Shown: one piece after another, positions 57,084-64,000 of the stretch
Position numbering within the stretch: position 1 is the stretch's first letter
How the letters are laid out: each line of letters opens with the position of its first letter
Source: a candidate division WOR-3 bacterium
GTDB lineage: Bacteria; Hydrothermota; 32-111
Length of the DNA: 64,000 nucleotides
Assembly: GCA_039804205.1 (NCBI GenBank)
Contig: JBDRZY010000001.1
Location: 286,198-350,197 of the forward strand
Reading direction: 5' to 3'
Program-made: the position numbers and the translations under genes
The notes under the pieces: model-generated
Database searches by the model: none
The model's input: the letters and a program-made list of their open reading frames with translations, nothing else
What the model was told of the DNA's origin: nothing

Positions 57084-58527
57084 TTGAAACCACTTTTAAA
57101 AAAGAATAGACAATTCCAAGAAACATATAGTAGATTATCAAAGGATCGTTTGTCAGAAATCTTTCATTGTTCAAATGTGCTCTTGGTCCTTCAGAAATCG
57201 TTCCCATAAAAAAGAATGAAAGAATTGATATAAAGAATGAGATCGAGAGATTTTTTATTGTTCCAGAGAAATTTTTTGAGATCCGATAAAGATTGTATAA
57301 AAGATAGCCGTTTAAAAAAACAAATCCGATTATTGCTATTATCCCATACTCGAGAGTTAAACCCAAAATCAGGTTATGGGAATGGAGAACCAACTGTTCA
57401 GGAAAAGCTCCAAGGTTTCTCCAGAGTTTTGGGAACTGGTTACCGCCTATACCAAAAGGATGATGGGGTATCTGTTGTAAAGATAGTTGCCATGCGTTGA
57501 CTCTGATGAGTGTACTGAATTCAGTGACTTTTGCTCTTGTAAAGATGTTGAAAAACCTTGAAATCACATTGAATAGAAGTCCAAAAGTTAAAGCCCCAAT
57601 CCCAGAAGATATATAAAAAAGTATTGCAACATTTCTCCTGAAATCTTTTACCATAATTAAAAATAAAAAATAAATTAAAACCAAAGACAGAAGTCCACCT
57701 CTGCTGATGGTCATGAGTATTGAAAGATTGATGAATATGAAGAATATGAAAAATAAAAACTTTTTGCTTCCCTTTTCTTCATTAAGAAAATAAAAGGTCA
57801 CTGGAACGAAAATTAAGGCGGTAGCTGCATAAACGTTTGGCCCTATGAAATTGAAAGATGCTCTGTTAAGGAATAGTTCCACCAGATCAAATTTTGTTAA
57901 AATGTTTAAGAAACCGGAAATCGTGTTAAGAAAGAATGAGAATGTGAAAAAAAGAAGAACGATTTTTATATCTTCAATGGTTTTGAATGCGTTTGAAAAG
58001 ATAAAAAAGATGAAAAATGGAATTAAAAATGCAAAGATTGTAGAAAAAAATGAAACAAATTTATCTCCTCCAACAGCTGTCTCAGTTATTAAAGATGATA
58101 CTATACCACCTGTGATCATAAGAACAAAAGAATAATTCAATAGAAAATCTTTTATATCACTTGTTTTGGGAAATTTCCCTTCGATAAAAATTTTAAGTGT
58201 TCCGATGATTATGAAAAAGATTATGGAAACTGTTATCAGATGGAACTTTAGTTGAAAGAGTTCTAAATAAAACCTTGTTACATTTAACCTTAAAAAAAAT
58301 GGCAAAGTTAATATATAGAGTATTGAAAAATCTTTTAACGATAAAAGTAAAGATATCATGGTTGAAAACAGAATCACTATAAAGGAGGCAGAAAAGAGCA
58401 ACCCTCTCTTACTTCCAAATATATTGTATCCAAAAATGAGAAAAATAATTATGCATACAATAAAAAATGATATAAATAAAAATAGAAAGAGATTTTCAAA
58501 TATCTTTTCTTTTCTGAAATGGATCAT
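57049..58527 (-). CDS. O-antigen ligase/Wzy-like polymerase
   Basis: The polytopic protein carries the ISRGGLLSLVLIYF motif of the Wzy_C/O-antigen ligase family. Confidence 0.6.
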   Translation of the reverse strand: MIHFRKEKIFENLFLFLFISFFIVCIIIFLIFGYNIFGSKRGLLFSASFIVILFSTMISLLLSLKDFSILYILTLPFFLRLNVTRFYLELFQLKFHLITVSIIFFIIIGTLKIFIEGKFPKTSDIKDFLLNYSFVLMITGGIVSSLITETAVGGDKFVSFFSTIFAFLIPFFIFFIFSNAFKTIEDIKIVLLFFTFSFFLNTISGFLNILTKFDLVELFLNRASFNFIGPNVYAATALIFVPVTFYFLNEEKGSKKFLFFIFFIFINLSILMTISRGGLLSLVLIYFLFLIMVKDFRRNVAILFYISSGIGALTFGLLFNVISRFFNIFTRAKVTEFSTLIRVNAWQLSLQQIPHHPFGIGGNQFPKLWRNLGAFPEQLVLHSHNLILGLTLEYGIIAIIGFVFLNGYLLYNLYRISKNFSGTIKNLSISFFISILSFFFMGTISEGPRAHLNNERFLTNDPLIIYYMFLGIVYSFLKVVSNGKKDTFNRTT

Positions 58528-59644
58528 AGAAAACCAATTTTAAGTATTTATAGAACTCTTTTCTTTCGTTATCTTCAAGATTGGTTTCAAGATAATATTT
58601 TATCCCCAGAACTAATATTTCGATCACAAAAATAAGAAGAAAAGATATGATAACTATTTCCTTTCTTGGAGGGAAACTTTTCAATGTTGGAACGGTTGCC
58701 ATATCCACAAAGAAAACATTGTCTGTTGGTTTTTCAAGATTACTTTTTATAAGATTTAGTTGTCCTAAAAGTTCGTTTTTTATTCTCAATGCAACTTCCA
58801 TATCGATTTTCAACTCAGTGTATTTTACAACCTCTTCTGGTTTTTCGTATAGAGAATATGATATTGAATCAACAGATTTTTCAAGTTCTTTGATTTTTAA
58901 CATCTTATTTTTTAATGCCAGAGATGTATCTGGTAAAGAATATTTCATCTTGTAAAACTCTGATTTTTCTTTTATCAGTTCATCGTATAATGAAACCATC
59001 GATGGTGTTTTCTGTTGGACTGAAAATTCGACTCCAAGAGATCTGTTTCTTTTAAGCCATTCGTTCAATCTGTTCGAAAGTTCTTCGACGATGAGTATCT
59101 GTTTTTGATAGAGATCCTCATAAAGTTTTAGATTCTCCTGCTGTTTTTGAATGTTTATCAAATTGATCTGTTTTTTTAAATAGTATATGTAATCGTTGCA
59201 TACATCTTTAGCAAACTGTGGGTCCCTGTCAGTGAAAGAGATGGTGAGCATCTCCGAAGCACCGATATCAAATTTTGTGATCCTTTTTACTTTTAATCTT
59301 GTATGTTCAATGGTTTTTAAGTGATATCTTTTTTGCAGATCATATTTTAAAATAAGAGAATCAACAACAGAATTGCTTCTTAATATATCTATATAAAGAT
59401 CAACGGTTTGTGCTGAGAATCCTCCTATATCAAAAAAACTTCCAGCCATTTTTGAAATAGATGTAAGTGAAGAAAGCAACGATTGACTGCTACCAGCTGG
59501 TGGTGTTAAAGAAACTGATGATGTGAACTGTTGTGGAATAAGAAATGCTATTATAGAAGAAAGAATAATCGTTATCGAAAGAGAAACGAGTATAAATTTT
59601 CTATGGTTGATGATATATATAATGAATTTAATTGTATCCTTCAT
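58496..59644 (-). CDS. wzz: Polysaccharide chain-length determinant (Wzz/GumC family)
   Basis: An N-terminal TM segment plus PQQFTSSVSL is followed by a long coiled-coil periplasmic region and a C-terminal TM segment. Confidence 0.6.
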   Translation of the reverse strand: MKDTIKFIIYIINHRKFILVSLSITIILSSIIAFLIPQQFTSSVSLTPPAGSSQSLLSSLTSISKMAGSFFDIGGFSAQTVDLYIDILRSNSVVDSLILKYDLQKRYHLKTIEHTRLKVKRITKFDIGASEMLTISFTDRDPQFAKDVCNDYIYYLKKQINLINIQKQQENLKLYEDLYQKQILIVEELSNRLNEWLKRNRSLGVEFSVQQKTPSMVSLYDELIKEKSEFYKMKYSLPDTSLALKNKMLKIKELEKSVDSISYSLYEKPEEVVKYTELKIDMEVALRIKNELLGQLNLIKSNLEKPTDNVFFVDMATVPTLKSFPPRKEIVIISFLLIFVIEILVLGIKYYLETNLEDNERKEFYKYLKLVFYDPFQKRKDI

Positions 59645-59654
59645 TACTCCTCCA

Positions 59655-60536
59655 TCATTTCAGAATGTTCGAGATGTAAACATAGATCATTATTGAGTTC
59701 ATTATGACAGAAACAAAGTATGTCATATCTTTTATGTTTGTCGCCAACGATTTCCCAACCACAATCATATCCTCAGGTTCAACCTTACCATTTTTCTTTT
59801 TCCCATTTTTATCAAAATGTTTTACATTTTTTAGATCACCTTCTATGGATGGTCCTCCGGCGAGAGCTATATAATCGTTAATTGTAAAGTCAGGAGAATA
59901 TGGGTATAATCCTCCAGTTACAACCTGTCCGATTACAGATACCGTTTGTGGTTTTAAATATATTCTGTCACCAGGATAAACTGTATCGAATGGGGAAACC
60001 TTTTCAAGATTCTTTTTTCCATTTCTTATCGTATAGATGGTTAAATTTGAATCGAGAGTTGTTAAAAAATGTGTCTGAACATGTGAAATATAATAGAGAA
60101 AGTTTTTACCCCATTCAAAATTGACGAACCTTGTTGAATCAAGTGTTGTCGATATGTTTATATAAGTATGGGAACCATAATATTTAACATTCAAAACGAC
60201 TGTATCAACGAGAAATTCTCTTTTATATGTTCTATAGATTGAATCCTCAAACTCTCTTCTTGTTAAATTTTTATAACTCACCACTTTCCAGTTTGTAAAG
60301 TACGTTTGTGTTTTTAAGTCAAAAAGTCCGCTTTTTGTTGTTGATGGAACCATAAGAATGAAAGAACCATCGTCAAGAGTTGTTGATGTAAATGTAAAAG
60401 AATTTACTCCTTTTTTATCAACAACGTAAACTTCAACAGAATCTCCGATACCGAAAATATAATTTTCTGTTGAAGGAACAGAAGGAAAGATCATAATCGT
60501 TGAAATAAATATAAAAAATAGCAAAAATGCTCTCAT
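59655..60536 (-). CDS. Polysaccharide export protein (Wza/SLBB family)
   Basis: A signal peptide is present. YIFGIGDSVEVYV (Poly_export) and VSVIGQVVTGGLYPYSPDFTINDYIALAGG (SLBB) are present. Confidence 0.65.
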   Translation of the reverse strand: MRAFLLFFIFISTIMIFPSVPSTENYIFGIGDSVEVYVVDKKGVNSFTFTSTTLDDGSFILMVPSTTKSGLFDLKTQTYFTNWKVVSYKNLTRREFEDSIYRTYKREFLVDTVVLNVKYYGSHTYINISTTLDSTRFVNFEWGKNFLYYISHVQTHFLTTLDSNLTIYTIRNGKKNLEKVSPFDTVYPGDRIYLKPQTVSVIGQVVTGGLYPYSPDFTINDYIALAGGPSIEGDLKNVKHFDKNGKKKNGKVEPEDMIVVGKSLATNIKDMTYFVSVIMNSIMIYVYISNILK

Positions 60537-60633
60537 AGATTCTCCTTATATAAAAAAAATATTATATAGTCAAAATGTGAACAGTCAACAAATAAGAGTT
60601 GAAAAAATTTTGAAAAGTTCTAAAATTTAAAAC

Positions 60634-61197
60634 ATGAACAAAAAGTTGTTTTTTTCTTTTTTGTTAATCTCTCTTTTATTATCATTAACCGATTGTGAAT
60701 CGAAAACTGGACTCAAAATAAAAGAAAGTGGAGCAGATAGTTTAAAAGTCATTTCAAGTTTTGAAAACTATTCTTTTATACCAAAAAAGTTTTCATATAA
60801 AGGAGAAAACATTTCTCCAGAGATAGAAATCAGAAATATTCCTGAAAAAACCAAATCTTTACTTTTGATTATGGAAGATCCAGATGCACCAGCAGGGAAA
60901 TTTATACACTGGATAGTTTTTAATATTTCACCTTCAGATTCCTTTATCCCTGAAGGGTTTTCAAAAAATTCGTTTCGTCTTGGAAACGGTATTTTACAGG
61001 GGTTAAACTCTCTTGGTGAATATTCATACTTTGGTCCTCATCCTCCTTTTGGAACCCATAGATATTTTTTCAAAGTTTTTGCACTTGACAATTTCCTTCC
61101 AGAGGACTCGACTTTAACAGAGGAAAAAATACTCAAAATTGTTGAAAATCACATAATCTCTTATGGTGAACTTGTTGGTAAATTTTCAAAAGATTGA
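60634..61197 (+). CDS. YbhB/YbcL (PEBP/Raf-kinase-inhibitor-like) lipoprotein
   Basis: The lipobox is LTDC. DPDAPAGKFIHW..GPHPPFGTHRY.F matches the PEBP signature. Confidence 0.8.
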   Translation: MNKKLFFSFLLISLLLSLTDCESKTGLKIKESGADSLKVISSFENYSFIPKKFSYKGENISPEIEIRNIPEKTKSLLLIMEDPDAPAGKFIHWIVFNISPSDSFIPEGFSKNSFRLGNGILQGLNSLGEYSYFGPHPPFGTHRYFFKVFALDNFLPEDSTLTEEKILKIVENHIISYGELVGKFSKD

Positions 61198-61258
61198 AAC
61201 TTTCTGTTGACCTTCGTATTTTTTTTTGTAAAATATATCTTTTAAAGGGGGAAATTCT

Positions 61259-62944
61259 ATGTGGAAAAGGTTAGGAGATCTTCTCATAGATGAAGGGCTA
61301 ATTACAAAAGAACAGTTGAATCAGGCACTTTCCCAACAGAAAGAGAATGGAGGAAGATTGGGTAGCATTCTCGTTCAGATGGGTTTTGTTACAGATGAAC
61401 AGATTTCAAAAGCGCTGGGTAAACAATACAATGTTGGAGTGTTCGAGTTCAAAGAGGAGATAGATCCTATCGTTTTAAAAATAGTTTCTCCCCAGATAGC
61501 ACAGAAGTTTCAGGTGATTCCAGTAAAAAGGGAAGGGAAAAATCTTTTTCTTGCGATGGCAAATCCTGTTGATGTTTATACGATAGAGGATATAAAATTT
61601 GCAACCGGTTACAACGTTATCCCGCTTGTTGCAAGTGAGAATATGATATCAAAAGCGATTGAGAAATATTACGGAGTTGCAGGTTCGATGGCTGAGGTTC
61701 TTTCGGAAATCGGTATGGAAGAGGAGATAGAGATCCTTGAAGAAGAAAAACAACCTGATGCACAACAACTTTTGATCGATGTTGATGCTGCCCCGGTTGT
61801 AAAACTTGTCAACGGAATCATAATAGAAGCTGTTAAACAGGGTGCTTCAGATATACATATCGAACCTTTTGATAAGATATTAAGGGTTCGTTACAGAGTT
61901 GATGGTGAATTGAAAGAGGTTATGAGTCCACAATATACCCTAGGACCTGCAATTGTTTCAAGGTTAAAGATAATGGCCGGGCTTAACATTTCCGAAAGAA
62001 GGATTCCACAGGATGGAAGAATTGGGATGAAGGTTGGAGATAAATCGATAGATCTAAGAGTATCAACACTTCCAACTGCACATGGGGAAAAGATTTGTAT
62101 GAGGATTGCTGAAAAATCATCTTTGATGAAACTTGAAGATATTGGACTTTCCAGAAAAGCGTATAACGATTTTATTGAAGCGATATCAAGACCGAACGGA
62201 ATAATACTTGTAACTGGACCAACAGGTTCAGGAAAAACTGTAACACTTTACTCGATACTTGCAAGGTTGAATACTCCTAATGTAAACATAACAACAGCAG
62301 AGGATCCCATAGAGTATGATTTTGTAGGAATAAATCAGGTTAATGTAAGAGAAAATATAGGATACACTTTTGCAACAGCGCTGAAGGCATTTTTGAGACA
62401 GGATCCGGATATCATAATGGTTGGAGAGATAAGAGATCTTGAGACAGGTGATATTGCAATAAAAGCAGCTTTAACAGGACATCTTGTGCTCTCAACATTA
62501 CATACAAACGATACTGTTGCAACGATCGCAAGAATGGAGGATATGGGAATCGAACCTTATAAAGTTGCTTCAGCTGTTATCCTTATAGAAGCACAGAGGT
62601 TGATCAGAAGAGTATGTAAGAGTTGTGCTGTTCAGATAGATATTCCCGATGAAGAGTTCATTAGATACGGTATAAATCCTGAGTATATGAGAGGTGGAAA
62701 GTTTATGATGGGAAAAGGATGCCCTGTATGTGGATTTACAGGATATAAAGGAAGAGTTGGAATTTTTGAGGTTCTTCCGATCACTCCAACGATTTCAGAA
62801 ATGATAGTTAAAGAAGCACCTGTCGATCAGATCAGGATGCAGGCAAGAAAAGAGGGTGTAATAATGTTGAGAGAGGACGGTTTGATAAAAGTGAAGGCTG
62901 GAATAACCACTCTTGAAGAGGTGATACAGGCAACAGTTGGATAG
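61259..62944 (+). CDS. pilB: Type II secretion/type IV pilus assembly ATPase (GspE/PilB family)
   Basis: An N-terminal T2SE_N domain is present. Walker A is GPTGSGKT. The tetracysteine motif is CKSC...CPVCGFTGYKGR. Confidence 0.85.
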   Translation: MWKRLGDLLIDEGLITKEQLNQALSQQKENGGRLGSILVQMGFVTDEQISKALGKQYNVGVFEFKEEIDPIVLKIVSPQIAQKFQVIPVKREGKNLFLAMANPVDVYTIEDIKFATGYNVIPLVASENMISKAIEKYYGVAGSMAEVLSEIGMEEEIEILEEEKQPDAQQLLIDVDAAPVVKLVNGIIIEAVKQGASDIHIEPFDKILRVRYRVDGELKEVMSPQYTLGPAIVSRLKIMAGLNISERRIPQDGRIGMKVGDKSIDLRVSTLPTAHGEKICMRIAEKSSLMKLEDIGLSRKAYNDFIEAISRPNGIILVTGPTGSGKTVTLYSILARLNTPNVNITTAEDPIEYDFVGINQVNVRENIGYTFATALKAFLRQDPDIIMVGEIRDLETGDIAIKAALTGHLVLSTLHTNDTVATIARMEDMGIEPYKVASAVILIEAQRLIRRVCKSCAVQIDIPDEEFIRYGINPEYMRGGKFMMGKGCPVCGFTGYKGRVGIFEVLPITPTISEMIVKEAPVDQIRMQARKEGVIMLREDGLIKVKAGITTLEEVIQATVG

Positions 62945-64000
62945 GATAGAAAAACTTTTTTCACTGATTTCCGATGAGGAAAAAAATTCGATACTTTTTG
63001 AAAGAGTGGGGAATTTTACTTTCAAAGAGTTCAGGGAAAGAGTTTTTTCATACAGTAGTTCTTTGATAAACTCGTTCATACTTTCTTATGATTCAGGGCC
63101 ATTTCTGGAGTTGCTTTTACTTTTGAAAGAAGAGAATGTTGAAGAAAAAAAGTTCAGATTAAAAGAGGAATCGTTTAAGGTAGTTCATCCTTCGAAGAAA
63201 AAGCCACAACTTGAAGAAAGAAATGGGCAAAAACTTTTCAGAGAGAATGTAGAAACCATTTTAAAAGACAAAACGATACTCGTAGCTGAAGCCCCTCCCG
63301 GGATCGGGAAAACTCTGGCTTACCTTTTACCGATCATGGAAAATCTTGATCAAAAAAGGTTTCTGATATCAACTAACACAAAAAGTTTACAGGAACAGAT
63401 TTTTGTAAAAGATATTAAACTCGCATCCTATAATGCTAAAAAGAGTTTCTCAGTAATAAACATCAAAGGTATATCAAACTATTTCTGTTTTTCGAAATAT
63501 TATGAAAATATGGAAAACTTTCATCCTTTGATGAAACTCGCAACGGAAGGTTTTATACAGATTTCGAACACAGGAGATGTGGGTACTTTAAAATTCATAA
63601 AAGGTATAACATACGATGATATAACATGTGATAGTGGATACTGTCAGGATCTCGAATGTCCATTTTCAAATATTTGTTTCTATCTTAAATTAAAGGAAAA
63701 AGTTCTATCAAGTCAGATCGTTATCACCAACCATTATCTATGTTTGATAGATGAAACTTTGCCAAAAAGCATTCTCGGTGATTTTGATATGATAGTTTTT
63801 GATGAAGCTCACAACCTTGAAAATGTTATTTCAGATGTTTACTCCTATTCTTTAGATTTCTTTGAAGTTTTTAAAATTCTGAAATATTTTATAAAAAAAA
63901 TAAAAGATCATTTAAAAACGGTAGAAGAATCATCCCTGTCCTTTGATTGTTACAATTTTTTCACAGAGATACTTTCCTATTTGAACACACTTTATGAAAA
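62937..64000 (+). CDS. dinG: DinG/Rad3-family ATP-dependent DNA helicase (5' part; runs off window end)
   Basis: The ORF is read by hand in frame 0. It opens at a TTG that overlaps the pilB stop. Motif I is ILVAEAPPGIGKTLAYLLP. The DEAH box is FDEAHNLEN. No stop occurs before nt 64000. Confidence 0.6.
   Translation, partial: MDRIEKLFSLISDEEKNSILFERVGNFTFKEFRERVFSYSSSLINSFILSYDSGPFLELLLLLKEENVEEKKFRLKEESFKVVHPSKKKPQLEERNGQKLFRENVETILKDKTILVAEAPPGIGKTLAYLLPIMENLDQKRFLISTNTKSLQEQIFVKDIKLASYNAKKSFSVINIKGISNYFCFSKYYENMENFHPLMKLATEGFIQISNTGDVGTLKFIKGITYDDITCDSGYCQDLECPFSNICFYLKLKEKVLSSQIVITNHYLCLIDETLPKSILGDFDMIVFDEAHNLENVISDVYSYSLDFFEVFKILKYFIKKIKDHLKTVEESSLSFDCYNFFTEILSYLNTLYE

Noticed and set aside
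1-64000. Search for CRISPR arrays, IS elements, integrases, prophage genes and a tRNA-flanked island
   Set aside because: I saw no direct-repeat/spacer periodicity and no transposase, integrase or phage structural motifs. The tRNA cluster is flanked by housekeeping genes (rdgB) and an ordinary operon, not by an integrase or attachment-site repeats.

Overview
This is an AT-rich (about 30% GC) chromosomal window with dense coding on both strands: about 56 CDS plus a cluster of four tRNA genes. I found no transposase, integrase, CRISPR array or rRNA. Many genes carry strong GGAGG Shine-Dalgarno sites. Two secreted proteins end in T9SS (Por) type C-terminal sorting domains, which points to a diderm related to the FCB group and its candidate-phylum neighbours. 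The gene content falls into five groups.

- **Secreted, envelope and translocation proteins:**
  - an LVIVD beta-propeller T9SS cargo;
  - a thioester-containing alpha-2-macroglobulin;
  - a PLD-family (double HKD) T9SS cargo with a lamin-tail domain;
  - a SPOR lipoprotein, a PEBP lipoprotein and an M28 glutaminyl-cyclase-like protein;
  - secD and a secF with an unusually large periplasmic insertion;
  - yajC.
- **Signalling:**
  - a 1288-aa protein with tandem class III nucleotidyl cyclase domains, a STAND/AAA ATPase and TPR repeats;
  - a small cNMP-binding domain ORF directly in frame behind secF;
  - an HD-GYP/GAF protein.
- **Metabolism and housekeeping:**
  - manC, rdgB, malic enzyme, purF, fmt, bioY and coaE;
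  - comEA;
  - a pilB/gspE ATPase and a truncated dinG-like helicase.
- **Transport:** a Lol/MacB-like ABC system (ATPase, two FtsX permeases, LolA-like protein) with flanking predicted outer-membrane beta-barrels.
- **Glycan loci:**
  - a plus-strand lipid-linked glycosylation cluster (three GtrB/DPM1-like GT2 enzymes, a GT4, a flippase-like protein, a YfhO GT-C protein, another GT2 and a methyltransferase);
  - a minus-strand Wzx/Wzy-type exopolysaccharide locus (Wza-like, Wzz, Wzy/ligase, two GT4, Wzx).

All product calls rest on motifs I recognised by eye in the supplied translations, with no database search.
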